Positions 29,529 to 39,907 of a stretch of DNA of 64,000 bases are shown in pieces. The notes under the pieces were generated by a model. The model had not been told where the DNA came from and ran no database searches. It worked only from the letters and a program-made list of their open reading frames with translations. The stretch lies in NCBI GenBank assembly GCA_041675165.1, contig JBAYUI010000002.1:376-64375 (forward strand), written 5' to 3'. Each line of letters opens with the position of its first letter. Position 1 is the first letter of the stretch. This DNA comes from Parcubacteria group bacterium (lineage in GTDB: Bacteria > Patescibacteriota > Minisyncoccia > Moranbacterales > UBA2206). Made by a program: the position numbers and the translations under genes.

Positions 29529-30227
29529 ATGGCAAAGAGCAAAAAGCAGGTAGAAGCTATTTCTTCAGGAATGGGAGTTTTCGTAACAATTATTTCTGGA
29601 CTAGTTGAACTTGTGAAAAGTTTCGGTGGTTCAATAGAAGATTTATATTATCTGGGAACCCCCGAAGGCAGACAAAAGCTGGAAGCTGTCGCACGCGTCA
29701 TTGTTGAGAAGGCGAAGGAGGAAAAGTTGAAACCAAAATCTATCGAACGCTTTCGCATCATCAATGAAACGACTATCATGGTCAACCTTGATGCCCCTCT
29801 CATTTTGCCATTTAATGGAGCAGAGATTGAGTTTCAGATCGGCAGCGGCTGGGTGAAAGTTGAGAAACGGACGGATGGCCTGTATGTGGATGGCTGCAAA
29901 GTTATTCTGCATTTGGTCGAACGCCAAAAAGGCGGAAAAGTCATTAAGGGATATGAGCTTCGAGAAGAACTGTCGGGAAAGCGCGTGCTTCACCCGAACA
30001 TTATGGACGCTCTTTTTGAAAATCAATACATGATTCCCGCTGACTGGAAGAAGGATGAAAGTGGGAATATTCGATTTATCTTTTTCTGGGCAGTAATCTT
30101 TCGCCGCGCCGTTGGTAAGCTCTATGTCCGCTGTTTCTACTTCAGCGATGGTGAGTGGTTTCGGGGCTTCCGCTGGCTCGGCGACGACTGGGGCTCCTTC
30201 AGCCCCGCGGCTTTGCTCGCAAGTTAG
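29529..30227 (+). CDS. Hypothetical protein, immediately upstream of the DGR
   Basis: 232-aa ORF, no family recognised. By position it would be the DGR target, but no VR was found. Confidence 0.5.
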   Translation: MAKSKKQVEAISSGMGVFVTIISGLVELVKSFGGSIEDLYYLGTPEGRQKLEAVARVIVEKAKEEKLKPKSIERFRIINETTIMVNLDAPLILPFNGAEIEFQIGSGWVKVEKRTDGLYVDGCKVILHLVERQKGGKVIKGYELREELSGKRVLHPNIMDALFENQYMIPADWKKDESGNIRFIFFWAVIFRRAVGKLYVRCFYFSDGEWFRGFRWLGDDWGSFSPAALLAS

Positions 30228-30301
30228 AACTCAGTGCTAAGTTACTCGGATCTAGCCCTTGGAAACTTAGTCCTAAAAATTTTGAAAATGAGGTGATGAA
30301 C

Positions 30302-30345
30302 AAAAGCCTTTCGAAAATTATTTCGAAAGGCTTTTAAATTTTTGT
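30302..30345 (+). terminator. Hairpin terminator
   Basis: aaagcctttcgaaa-attatt-tcgaaaggcttt then taaattttt. Confidence 0.5.
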
Positions 30346-30567
30346 GCTACAATAAAGTTGGTAGTAGGGAAGCATGCGGGCGATTACGGTTTCCCGCTTC
30401 CGAATCCAGTATCCATACACTCCGGAATATCCACGATTACGGTTTTGGATAGTGTGAGGTATGCAGAAACTTCAAAAAAATGAAGATACTTGGTGCGAAA
30501 TGCCAGGGCATTTAAGATGTCGAATGAGATACAGCTCGGAGAGTAGTCGATGAGCAGTGGTAAAGAA

Positions 30568-30710
30568 GGTATTCCGTACAATTCCGATGGCGATCCAAAC
30601 CTGCTCAACGCGAATCGTAACGATGATGGTCGACGGCTGAATACGACCTATGACAATCCTGACAACAAGTGGAATCGCGACAATGGGTTTGCGTTCGTCG
30701 CCTCGCAACT
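30568..30710 (+). repeat. Putative DGR template repeat (TR)
   Basis: Non-coding stretch whose + frame reads YNSDGDPNLLNANRNDDGRRLNTTYDNPDNKWNRDNGFAFVAS. Asn (AAY) codon-rich and ends in the ...NGF-x-F-V motif typical of C-type-lectin VR/TR pairs. Followed by a hairpin ctctcccgac...gggagag. Confidence 0.6.
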
Positions 30711-30714
30711 CTTT

Positions 30715-31020
30715 TCATTTCTCTCCCGACATTTGTTTGGGAGAGTTTTTCTTTTGAAGACTGCCGTTCCAGCCGCCCAAATCTTTGCCGATCGAGTTCA
30801 ATTTTTCCGAAAGAGTAATGTACTTTTTATCATCCAATGATTTGGTTTCCCAAAGAATATGCAAAAATATTTTCAGCACGTCTGATTTGCGAATGGCCAA
30901 CCTGACATAGGGAATTTTTTCCTCCGGTTTTAGGAAAGCGGCAATGGCGATTGATTCAATGATTTCCGTAAAATATTTATCCACTTTTTGCCCGAGGGTA
31001 TATCTATGTGTGGTGGGCAA
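30715..31020 (-). CDS. avd: DGR accessory variability determinant (Avd), a four-helix-bundle protein of the 23S rRNA-IVS family
   Basis: 101 aa. C-terminus SIGKDLGGWNGSLQKK resembles the Avd EVGRILGSWI end. Divergent from the adjacent RT. Confidence 0.65.
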   Translation of the reverse strand: MPTTHRYTLGQKVDKYFTEIIESIAIAAFLKPEEKIPYVRLAIRKSDVLKIFLHILWETKSLDDKKYITLSEKLNSIGKDLGGWNGSLQKKNSPKQMSGEK

Positions 31021-31185
31021 AACTCGGTAATACTCATACCACAGAAGATAAAGACTTTTTATTTTCTCAAATACCGCCGGCAGCTGGGGGGGGGGATTTA
31101 AAAGTTGAACTATTATTCACCCCGTTAGAAAACTGTTTGCTGAAAGTATTTTCTTTTTTATAATGCATAAATTTATAATTTACCA

Positions 31186-32229
31186 ATGATATTTAAAGAT
31201 ATGATTTCTAACGGGGTAAAAATTCAATTGAGTCATAGTTTTGAAAAAATAATTAGTGTTGAAAATTTACTCGAAGCTTGGAAAGAATTTGCGAGAGGCA
31301 AAAAAGACAGAAAAGATGTGCAGGCATTTTCCATGCGATTGATGGATAACATTTTTATACTGCATGAAGAACTTTCTAATCATACCTATAAACACGGCGG
31401 GTATCAAGCGTTCAAGATCAATGATCCCAAACCCAGAGATATTCATAAAGCCAGCGTGAGAGACCGATTGGTGCATCACGCCATTTACAGAGCTCTGTAT
31501 CCGTTTTTCGACAAAACTTTTATCGCAGATTCATACTCTTGCCGGAATGATAAAGGTACACACAAAGCCATTGATAAATTCCGCAGCTATTTCCCCAAAG
31601 TCAGCCAGAATAATACCCGGACTTGCTGGATTCTGAAATGTGACATCCGTAAATTTTTTGCCAATATTGATCATCAAATTTTACTCAACATCTTGGCTGA
31701 ATACATTCCGGATAAAAATATCATTAGTCTCTTGGAAAATATCATTGAAAGTTTCCACGCTGGCTTACCCTTAGGCAATCTCACTTCGCAATTGTTCGTG
31801 AATATCTATATGAACAGGTTTGACCAGTTTGTGAAGCACAAACTAAAAGCTAAATATTATATCCGTTATGCGGATGACTTTGTTTTCTTGTCTGAAAGTA
31901 AAAAGTATTTGGAAGAAATTATTTTAGTCACCAGAGAATTTTTAAAAGAAAAATTGAAACTGGAAATGCATCCAGATAAGGTTTCCATTCAAACGCTATC
32001 ATCCGGCGTAGATTTTCTGGGGATGGTTAACTTTTTTGATTATCGAATACTCAGAACAAATACAAAGAGAAGAATACTGAAAAAACTAGCCCTGAAACAG
32101 AAAATGTGTCAGGAGGGATTGGTTTCCAAGGAATCACTTGAGCAAAGCGTGCAATCATATTTAGGAGTGTTGAGGCATTGTGAAGGGTATTGGGTGGCGA
32201 GAGAGATAGAAAGGATGATATGCGGTTGA
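31186..32229 (+). CDS. Diversity-generating retroelement reverse transcriptase
   Basis: RT motifs PRDIHKASVRDRLVHHAI, ILKCDIRKFFANIDH, LPLGNLTSQLFVNIY (the DGR-specific GxxxSQ) and YIRYADDFVF (YxDD). Confidence 0.9.
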   Translation: MIFKDMISNGVKIQLSHSFEKIISVENLLEAWKEFARGKKDRKDVQAFSMRLMDNIFILHEELSNHTYKHGGYQAFKINDPKPRDIHKASVRDRLVHHAIYRALYPFFDKTFIADSYSCRNDKGTHKAIDKFRSYFPKVSQNNTRTCWILKCDIRKFFANIDHQILLNILAEYIPDKNIISLLENIIESFHAGLPLGNLTSQLFVNIYMNRFDQFVKHKLKAKYYIRYADDFVFLSESKKYLEEIILVTREFLKEKLKLEMHPDKVSIQTLSSGVDFLGMVNFFDYRILRTNTKRRILKKLALKQKMCQEGLVSKESLEQSVQSYLGVLRHCEGYWVAREIERMICG

Positions 32230-32359
32230 TATCAATATTGGGAAGACAGCGGAGTCCTCTTTTTTCACTCGCTTTCGCTCGTTCAAAAAGAGAGACTCCG
32301 CCGAGGAGAATGATATTGAAAATTCATTGATTATTGAAAATTGATCATTGAATATTCTC

Positions 32360-33838
32360 TCAGATCATCCCTTCTCTTTTCATGAACTTCCGGATGTGGG
32401 CTTTGGCGTTGGAAGTCTTGACGAAGCGCAGCCAGTCGCGGCTGGGGTTTTTGTGATCTTTGGAAGTGAGGATCTCAATGATTTCTCCGTTTTGAACTTT
32501 GTAATCCAAAGTGACGATGTGGCCGTTGACCTTGGCACCGACCGCGCGGTCACCGATTTCGCTGTGGACGCGGTAGGCAAAATCGATCGGAGTGGCTTCT
32601 TCGGGCAGATCGATGATGTCGCCCATCGGAGTGAAGGCAAAGATATGATTTTTGAAAAAATCGATCTTCAGGCTCTCCATAAATTCGTGGTCGTCTTTGC
32701 CCAATTCATTCTGCCATTCCCGAAGCTGTTTCACCCAGATCAATTCCTGATCGGGCACTTTGGTCTTCCTGCCGAAAAGGAGATCTTTGAGACTGCGCTT
32801 ATTTTCCGAATAGATCCAGTGCGCGGCAATTCCGAATTCCGCTTCGTCATCCATTTTTTTGGTGCGGATCTGGACTTCGAGGAATTTTCCTTCCGGTCCG
32901 AAAATCGTGGTGTGGATAGATTGATAACCATTGGGCTTGGGGAGCGAGATATAATCTTTGATGCGGCCGACCAGCGGGCGGTATTTTTTGTGAACGATGC
33001 CGAGGGTTTCATAACAGTTGACGATTTCCGGCACGATTATCCTCACTCCGACCAGATCATAAATCTTGGCGATATCCATATCGTGCCGTTTCAATTTTTG
33101 GAAAAGGCGATAGATGTGTTTGGATCGTCCGAAAATGTCCACGAACCGGATGCCCTCTCGGCCCAGTTCTTTTTTCAGTTCAGCCACGACTTTTTTGATG
33201 TATTTCTTCCTTTTTTCCTGTTGCGCCGCCGACAGATTGGCCACGTAAGTATAATTTTCCGGATCAAGATAGCGGAAAGCCAAATCTTCCAAGCGCGCCT
33301 TAATATCTCCGATGCCGAGGCGGTTCGCGATGGGCGCATAAATTTCCAAAGTTTCACGGGCGATGCGTTCTTGCTTTTCCGGCGGCAGGCTTTCTAAAGT
33401 TTCCATATTATGCAAACGGTCGGCCAATTTGATGAGCACTACTCGGATATCGGCGGCCATCGCCAAAAACATCTTCCTAAGATTCTCCAGATAGTTTTCC
33501 TCTTTAGTGCCGCGCAGCTTTATCTTTCCCAACTTGGTAACGCCGTCCACCAATGTGGCGATCTCTTTGCCGAATTTTTTTTCGATCTCTTCCAAAGTGA
33601 CGGCTGTGTCTTCGGGCACATCATGCAGCAGTCCGGCCGTAATCGTTCTGGCACCGAGCCCGATCCTCGCCAAATTCAAGGCCGTATGCAACGGATGTTG
33701 GATATAGTCTTCGCCAGATTTCCTTTTCTGGGCGGTGTGCGCGCCCAAAGCCAATTCATAAGCGCTTCTGATCATTGCTTCATTCTTGGCGCTCATCTTC
33801 AGTTTTATATTTTTGATTACTTCTTCAATAGTGACCAT
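32360..33838 (-). CDS. rel: Bifunctional (p)ppGpp synthetase/hydrolase, RelA/SpoT family (short form)
   Basis: HD domain (LLHDVPEDT), synthetase domain (YISLPKPNGYQSIHTT), TGS domain. 492 aa. Confidence 0.9.
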   Translation of the reverse strand: MVTIEEVIKNIKLKMSAKNEAMIRSAYELALGAHTAQKRKSGEDYIQHPLHTALNLARIGLGARTITAGLLHDVPEDTAVTLEEIEKKFGKEIATLVDGVTKLGKIKLRGTKEENYLENLRKMFLAMAADIRVVLIKLADRLHNMETLESLPPEKQERIARETLEIYAPIANRLGIGDIKARLEDLAFRYLDPENYTYVANLSAAQQEKRKKYIKKVVAELKKELGREGIRFVDIFGRSKHIYRLFQKLKRHDMDIAKIYDLVGVRIIVPEIVNCYETLGIVHKKYRPLVGRIKDYISLPKPNGYQSIHTTIFGPEGKFLEVQIRTKKMDDEAEFGIAAHWIYSENKRSLKDLLFGRKTKVPDQELIWVKQLREWQNELGKDDHEFMESLKIDFFKNHIFAFTPMGDIIDLPEEATPIDFAYRVHSEIGDRAVGAKVNGHIVTLDYKVQNGEIIEILTSKDHKNPSRDWLRFVKTSNAKAHIRKFMKREGMI

Positions 33839-33884
33839 TAGTGGGAAATTTAGAAGAGACGGAATTACTATTAGCTAGTACACA

Positions 33885-36131
33885 TCAAGCTGGATTTTCT
33901 TTTTCAAATTTGCATTCCTTGGAGGAGCAGCGGACCTTGTTTTTGGCGGCAAAAACAAGGAGGCTCTGGCACAAAGGGCATTTTTCACCAGTGGGCTTGT
34001 TCCAGAGGGCGAAATCGCATTTCGGATAAGAATTGCATCCGAAAAAAATCCGTCCCCGCTTGGATTTTCGCTCAACGATGTCTCCCGCGTCGCAGCGGGG
34101 ACACTTGATGCCGGTCTTATTCTCGATCTTCTTAATACCTTTGCATTCCGGATAATTCGAGCAACCGAGGAAGGCGCCGAAACGTCCCCTCTTGACCACC
34201 ATCGGTGCTCCGCAAATCTCGCAAATTTCATGGCTGTTTTCCGCGTCGATCTTTTTCTCCGTTTCTGTCTTTTCGGTATATTTGCATTCGGGATAGTTCG
34301 TGCAGGCGATGAATTTTCCGAAGCGGCCGAATTTCATGATCAGATCACCGCCGCAGTCGGGACAATTCCGGCCAAGTTTTTCTTGGAAATCTTCCTTACT
34401 GACTTTTTTGGTCTTAGCAAGCAGATTTTTATGGAAGGGTTCGTAAAAATTGCGGATGATCGGCACCCATTCGCTTCGGCCGTCGGCAATCTTGTCGAAT
34501 TCTTCTTCGATGTTGGCGGTGAATTTTATGTCTACGATATCCGTGAAGTGAGCAACGAGCAGGTCGCTGACCAGCGTGCCGATTTCCAGCGGGAAAAGCC
34601 GGCGTTCTTCGTTCTTTTCCACATATTTCCGTTCAATGATGGTCGTAATCGTGGGCGCGTATGTCGATGGCCTGCCGATGCCGTTCTCTTCCATCACTTT
34701 GATCAAGGTCGCTTCGCTGTAGCGGGGCGGTTGAGTGGTTGATTTCGCCGTGGCCGTGGCACTGATCAGGTCGAGCGGGTCATTTTTTTCCAAAGCCGGC
34801 AGAATATTTTCTGTGATTGCCTGGTCGCTGTAGACTTTCAGATAACCTTCGAAAAGCAAGGTCGATCCATTGGCCCGTAGGAGATAGATATTTTTCTCCG
34901 CTTTAGCTTCGATGTCCATTTTGACGGAATCGAATTTGGCCGGTTGCATCTGGCTGGCGATCATCCGGTTCCAGATGAGGCGGTATATCTTGTATTGGCT
35001 CGGTTCGAGCGAGCTTTCGAGCTCGGCGGGCGTTTTTTCCGGATAAGCCGGCCGGATAGCTTCGTGCGCTTCTTGGGCGTTCTTCGATTTTGTCTTATAG
35101 AAACGCGGAGTTGGCAAAGCATATTCTTTTCCGAAAAGTTTGGTGATGGTCTTTTGTGCCGAGAGCATCGATTCCATCGAAAGATTGGTGGAGTCGGTCC
35201 TCATATAGGTGATGAGGCCTTGCTCATAAAGTTTCTGCGCGGCCATCATCGTCTGCTTGGAAGAAAAACCCAAACTGTTGATGGCGCCTTGTTGCAAGGT
35301 CGAAGTGGTGAATGGGGCCGGCGGCGTGCGGAGCGTTTCTTTTTTGACGATATCTACGATCTGACAAACGGATGATTGCAGTTCGGCCACGATCGTATCA
35401 GCCATTTTTTGGGTGGTGATGTTGGTTTTTTTCGTTTTGTAATCCCCAGCAAAAAGTTTGAGCGTGATGGACTCGTCGATTTTTTCGCCATTTTTTTGCA
35501 ATAAACTGGCATTAAAAGAAGCCCTACTCCCTCCGTTCTTGGCCTGAAATTTTCCATCGATCACCCAAAATTTTTCCGCTTTGAACTTTTCAATCTCTTT
35601 TTCACGTTCAACAATCAGCCGCAAGGCGACTGATTGGACGCGGCCGGCTGAGAGCCCCCGCCTGATTTTTTTCCACAGGAAAGGCGAGAGTTCGAAACCG
35701 ACCAATCTATCCAAGATTCTGCGGGCTTGTTGCGCGTCAACCAGATTCAGATCGATGGCGCGCGGATTGTCCAGGGCTTTTTCGATGGCACTCTTGGTGA
35801 TCTCGTGGAATACGATCCGCTTGGTCGTTTTCGGATCGAGATTGAGCGCGCTCGAAAGATGCCAAGCGATGGCCTCTCCTTCGCGGTCTTCGTCGGAGGC
35901 GAGGATGATTTCGTCGGCTTTTTCGGCCAATGTTTTCAAGTTATCCACGCGTTCGATGGCTTTGGTCGGGATGACATAATCCGGCTGGAAATCATTTTCG
36001 ATATCGATACCCATCTTTTTTTCCGGCAAATCGCGGATATGGCCGTAGGAAGATTTGACGGTATATTTCTTGCCGAGGAATTTGGCAATAGTCTTGGCTT
36101 TAGTGGGAGACTCTACTATAACGAGCTTCAT
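33885..36131 (-). CDS. topA: DNA topoisomerase I
   Basis: Toprim N-terminus MKLVIVESPTKAKTIAKFLG...GHIRDLP, the active-site Tyr region, multiple C-terminal Cys4 zinc ribbons. 748 aa. Confidence 0.95.
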   Translation of the reverse strand: MKLVIVESPTKAKTIAKFLGKKYTVKSSYGHIRDLPEKKMGIDIENDFQPDYVIPTKAIERVDNLKTLAEKADEIILASDEDREGEAIAWHLSSALNLDPKTTKRIVFHEITKSAIEKALDNPRAIDLNLVDAQQARRILDRLVGFELSPFLWKKIRRGLSAGRVQSVALRLIVEREKEIEKFKAEKFWVIDGKFQAKNGGSRASFNASLLQKNGEKIDESITLKLFAGDYKTKKTNITTQKMADTIVAELQSSVCQIVDIVKKETLRTPPAPFTTSTLQQGAINSLGFSSKQTMMAAQKLYEQGLITYMRTDSTNLSMESMLSAQKTITKLFGKEYALPTPRFYKTKSKNAQEAHEAIRPAYPEKTPAELESSLEPSQYKIYRLIWNRMIASQMQPAKFDSVKMDIEAKAEKNIYLLRANGSTLLFEGYLKVYSDQAITENILPALEKNDPLDLISATATAKSTTQPPRYSEATLIKVMEENGIGRPSTYAPTITTIIERKYVEKNEERRLFPLEIGTLVSDLLVAHFTDIVDIKFTANIEEEFDKIADGRSEWVPIIRNFYEPFHKNLLAKTKKVSKEDFQEKLGRNCPDCGGDLIMKFGRFGKFIACTNYPECKYTEKTETEKKIDAENSHEICEICGAPMVVKRGRFGAFLGCSNYPECKGIKKIENKTGIKCPRCDAGDIVERKSKRGRIFFGCNSYPKCDFALWNKPTGEKCPLCQSLLVFAAKNKVRCSSKECKFEKENPA

Positions 36132-36169
36132 AAGGTTGTGTGGAAGTTAAGAGAGAATGAATTAATATT

Positions 36170-36310
36170 ATTTTTTATCAATCAAATTTAGATAATAAAT
36201 CCAAAATCCAAATATCAAATGTCAAATAAAATCCCAAGCTCTAAATTCAAAATTTTGACATTTGAACTTTGAAATTTATTGGAAATTTGGATTTTGACAT
36301 TTGGATTTTA
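36170..36310. repeat. Long intergenic hairpin made of simple repeats (aaatccaaaat... / ...atttggatttt)
   Basis: aaatccaaaatccaaatatcaaatgtcaaa...tttgacatttgaactttgaaatttattggaaatttggattttgacatttggatttta. Confidence 0.6.
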
Positions 36311-37426
36311 CAATAGTATATAGTTCTGTCCGCCGATATTTTTCACCCAGCCTTTCAGTTCCATCATGGAGAGCGTAGCGGCGACAGAGGCAGTTTGAAG
36401 TTTAGCGAGTTTCGAAATATTGTCAATGTGGAGCGGTTCGGAAGAAAGGATCCTGAGAAGAATTTCTTCCTCTTTACCGGTCGGCACTTTCGGTGCGGAA
36501 ATCTTTTGACGACCATTCTTTTCTAGGCCTAATTCTTCAAGGATATCCTTGACTCCCGTGACGACTTTGGCGCCGCTGCGGATGAGACTATTGGTGCCGA
36601 TAGAACTCTCTGAAAAGATGGAACCCGGCACGGCAAAAACTTCCCGATTGGATTCCAAAGCCATTTGCGCCGTGATGAGGGCACCACTTTTTTCACCGGC
36701 TTCAATCACGACCGTTCCGAGGGTAAGGCCGGCCACGATGCGGTTACGTGCCGGAAAAGTCAGTGGGCCGGCGGCAGTTTCAGTCGGATATTCGCCAAAG
36801 AGCGCTCCTGATCCCATAATTTCATGCGCGAGATTAATATTGTGTCGGGGATAGATATTTTTTTCATCTAGACTATTGCCCAGAACAGCTATTGTTTTTC
36901 CGTTTCCATCCAGCGCTCCGCGGTGCGCCCAGCTATCAATGCCCAAAGCCATTCCGCTGATTACCGTCACGCCTGCCGCGGCCAAGTCTTTGGACAGATT
37001 TTGCGCGGCCATCGCGCCATAGGGCGTGTTTTTTCTGGCACCAACAATGGCGATCGCCGGAGAGCCGACCAATTCCAGAAAAGCAACTTCGTCAAAAGGT
37101 AGGGAAGTTTTTATATATAATATATATGGAGGATGGAGCGCTTCTTTGAGAAGGGCCGGATAGAGCGGATCGCTCCACTCGATGAGCCGGATGTTTTCTT
37201 TCTCCATAATCTCCATTTCCTGATCCGGATCGGTGTTTTTCCTTTCGTCAAATATCCGTCCCGCCAGATTCTCTCCGATGCCGCTCCTTATGAGCAGTTC
37301 CAAATCGGCGCCCCAAGCGGTTTCAGCGCTGCCGAAGAAGCTGACGAGCTTCCTTAATCTTTGCGCGCCCACCCCAGAAATTTTATTGAGGGCGTTCAGA
37401 TATTTGAGGTCTTTGGAGTTTGCCAT
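36308..37426 (-). CDS. dprA: DNA processing protein DprA/Smf
   Basis: Rossmann-like DprA core (GMALGIDSWAHRGAL, VIEAGEKSGALITA). 372 aa. Confidence 0.88.
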   Translation of the reverse strand: MANSKDLKYLNALNKISGVGAQRLRKLVSFFGSAETAWGADLELLIRSGIGENLAGRIFDERKNTDPDQEMEIMEKENIRLIEWSDPLYPALLKEALHPPYILYIKTSLPFDEVAFLELVGSPAIAIVGARKNTPYGAMAAQNLSKDLAAAGVTVISGMALGIDSWAHRGALDGNGKTIAVLGNSLDEKNIYPRHNINLAHEIMGSGALFGEYPTETAAGPLTFPARNRIVAGLTLGTVVIEAGEKSGALITAQMALESNREVFAVPGSIFSESSIGTNSLIRSGAKVVTGVKDILEELGLEKNGRQKISAPKVPTGKEEEILLRILSSEPLHIDNISKLAKLQTASVAATLSMMELKGWVKNIGGQNYILL

Positions 37427-37520
37427 ATTTTTTTAAATGTAGCATAATATGTGACCTCTTGACAAATTTTTGATATATGCTAGAATAGTGTGAAATTTAA
37501 AAGTTATTAAATAAACATAT

Positions 37521-38597
37521 ATGAGCAACGAGCACAAGAGCAAAAATAACAAGGAAACGGGCAGAGCTAAGGCTTCTACGGAAGGTTTCAGCTTTTTGCT
37601 TTTGGCTGAAAAATTATTGGCCGATCTGACGCCGCGTTCCAGAGAAATAATCCGCCGCCGCTTCGGGCTAGTGGGCGATCAGAGTGAAACCTTGGAAAAA
37701 ATCGGTCAACGATATGAGATAACCAGAGAAAGAGTGCGGCAGATCATTACCGAGGCGGTGAAAAATATCTCGCAACGATCCGGTCATGAAGATTTTTTGA
37801 GTGCTGAAGAGAAAATTGTTTTTACAATAATCCAAAACGGAGGTATAATTAGGGAAGTTGATGCTATTGAAAAAATAGAACTCAGTTCTGATCAAGAAGC
37901 CAACGCGGTCAAGTTTTTTGTCAGTTGTTCCAAGAATATTTTTGAAGTTGAAGAGAAAGGACTCTTGGAAAAAGCGTGGGTCGTTTCTTTGGACATCATT
38001 GAGGGGATCAAACGATTGATTGTCGAAGCGGAGAAAAACGCCCTGAAGGACAAGGAACTGTTGGCCGATGAAGAGATGCTCGGCAAATTGGCCGCTTTGA
38101 TACCGGACATTCCAAAAGAGCAGATAATGAATTTTTTGTCAGTGTCCGAGCGCGTAAAGAAGAATAAGTTCGGCAAATGGGGCATCATCGATTGGATGGA
38201 AGTTTCTCCCAAAGGTACGCGGGAAAAGGTCTACCTGATCCTTAAAGAGCACAAAAAGCCGTTACACTTCACCGAGATTGCCGGTTTGATCGATAAATAT
38301 GAATTGAGCAAGCGCGGAGCCCATCCTCAAACGGTGCATAATGAATTGATCAAGGACGAACGTTTCGTTTTGGTCGGCCGAGGGATCTATGCCCTCTCGG
38401 AATGGGGATATTTTTCTGGCACGATCAGGGATATCATTGAAGTGATCCTGAAAGCTTCTGGTCGCGCGATGAAGAAAGAAGAAGTCATCGCTGAAGTGTT
38501 GAAAATGAGAAAAGTGAAGAAGACGACCATCATGATTAACCTGAACAATCGCAAATTTTTCAAAAAAGAAGGAGAATTTTATAAGCTGAAAAAATAA
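37521..38597 (+). CDS. Protein with an N-terminal sigma-70 region-4-type HTH. The remaining ~290 aa are unassigned
   Basis: LTPRSREIIRRRFGLVGDQSETLEKIGQRYEITRERVRQIITEAVKNI matches sigma region 4 (LxxRExxVLxxRFGL...TLEEIG...TRERIRQIE). Confidence 0.6.
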   Translation: MSNEHKSKNNKETGRAKASTEGFSFLLLAEKLLADLTPRSREIIRRRFGLVGDQSETLEKIGQRYEITRERVRQIITEAVKNISQRSGHEDFLSAEEKIVFTIIQNGGIIREVDAIEKIELSSDQEANAVKFFVSCSKNIFEVEEKGLLEKAWVVSLDIIEGIKRLIVEAEKNALKDKELLADEEMLGKLAALIPDIPKEQIMNFLSVSERVKKNKFGKWGIIDWMEVSPKGTREKVYLILKEHKKPLHFTEIAGLIDKYELSKRGAHPQTVHNELIKDERFVLVGRGIYALSEWGYFSGTIRDIIEVILKASGRAMKKEEVIAEVLKMRKVKKTTIMINLNNRKFFKKEGEFYKLKK

Positions 38598-38629
38598 AAA
38601 TTTAAGAAAACGCAAAAACTATAAATGTT

Positions 38630-39898
38630 ATGAACAACGTTTCAGACATTGGTTCTGCTTTGGGAGTCGTAGGACAAACTTTCGGAATATTCTGGTGGGC
38701 TCTTCTGCCGCCGCTTTTTTATACGGTTTTCAAATTTCTTTGGATCGACTTCGTGGCTTTTTACGCGCCCAATTCTTGGCATGCCGGCCAGCAGTGGACA
38801 TATTTGGAAATTTTTCCGCCGCGCGAAATCGAACGTGGACCCAAAACTATGGAAAGTATCTTTACGGCTATGACAGGGGTTCTCACGACTTTTAATACTT
38901 TCAATGAATATTTAGAAGGGGCTTTTTGGCATGACCGTTTTAGCGTGGAGCTGGTCGGAAAAGAGGGTCAGATGCATTTCTATATCCGGACTCAGAAAAA
39001 ATATCGTACCTTGATCGAATCGCATATCTACGCGCAATATCCGGATGCCAAAGTTTTGGAAGTGGCGGATTATACGGAAAATTTTCCCAAGATCGTGCCG
39101 AATAAGTTTTGGGATCTGTGGGGGACGGACTTTGAATTTGTCGCGAAAAATGCCATCCCGATCAAGACTTATGAAAAATTCGAAGAAAGCGTGACGGGCG
39201 AGATGATTGATCCGATTTCAGCTTTGGCGGAAGTGATGGGGTCATTGGGTCCCAATCAACACATTTGGCTGCAATATGTCTTGCAACCCTTGCCGGAACC
39301 GGAAAGGAACAGTGATGAACATAAGAATGTGATTAAAAAGTTGAAAGGCGAGCCGGTAGTGGAACCGATGAGTTTTTTCGGCCATCTGATGGATGTCATT
39401 GCCAACATTCCCGCTGCGTTTTCCGGCCCAGTAGCATTCGGGGCGGCGGATAAAAAAGATTTGGCACCTTTGGAATTCCGCCTTTCTCCTGTTGAGAAAG
39501 ACCTCTTGAAAGCGACGGAGGAGAACTTGGGCAAGAATCTTTTCAAGACAAAGATGCGGATGTTGTATATCGGACGCAAAGAAAATTATGATAAATCTAA
39601 TATCTCCTCTTTCATTGGAGCAATCAAACAATTCAATGATATCAATTTCAATCAAGTGAAGCCGGAAGATATCAGTAAGACGTATGGTACTTTCTTTTGG
39701 GCGAAGCAACGTTTGGAATTCAGGAAAAGAAAGATTTATAACCGTTACAAAAAAAGGAATATGGACGGGAACAATATGATTTTTTCCGTCAAAGAATTGG
39801 CTACTGTTTTTCATTTTCCGGATATGGGCGTGAAAGCGCCGTCCATCACGCGTACGGAATCGAAATTGGGCAGTGCTCCATCTAATTTGCCTATATAA
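38630..39898 (+). CDS. Membrane-anchored hypothetical protein (partner of the downstream ATPase)
   Basis: 422 aa, N-terminal TM segment(s), no family recognised. 10-nt gap to the next gene. Confidence 0.5.
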   Translation: MNNVSDIGSALGVVGQTFGIFWWALLPPLFYTVFKFLWIDFVAFYAPNSWHAGQQWTYLEIFPPREIERGPKTMESIFTAMTGVLTTFNTFNEYLEGAFWHDRFSVELVGKEGQMHFYIRTQKKYRTLIESHIYAQYPDAKVLEVADYTENFPKIVPNKFWDLWGTDFEFVAKNAIPIKTYEKFEESVTGEMIDPISALAEVMGSLGPNQHIWLQYVLQPLPEPERNSDEHKNVIKKLKGEPVVEPMSFFGHLMDVIANIPAAFSGPVAFGAADKKDLAPLEFRLSPVEKDLLKATEENLGKNLFKTKMRMLYIGRKENYDKSNISSFIGAIKQFNDINFNQVKPEDISKTYGTFFWAKQRLEFRKRKIYNRYKKRNMDGNNMIFSVKELATVFHFPDMGVKAPSITRTESKLGSAPSNLPI

Positions 39899-39907
39899 AA
39901 TAAAAAA

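Noticed and set aside
29529-30227. Upstream ORF as the DGR target containing the VR
   Set aside because: Its 3' region shares no stretch with the TR at non-adenine positions. The YFSDGEW... resemblance to TR-encoded YNSDGD... is only at peptide level and is inconsistent with A-to-N mutagenesis.
32348-33397. 349-aa plus-strand ORF
   Set aside because: It is a shadow ORF antisense to the well-supported relA/spoT gene, with no family match and a low-complexity translation.
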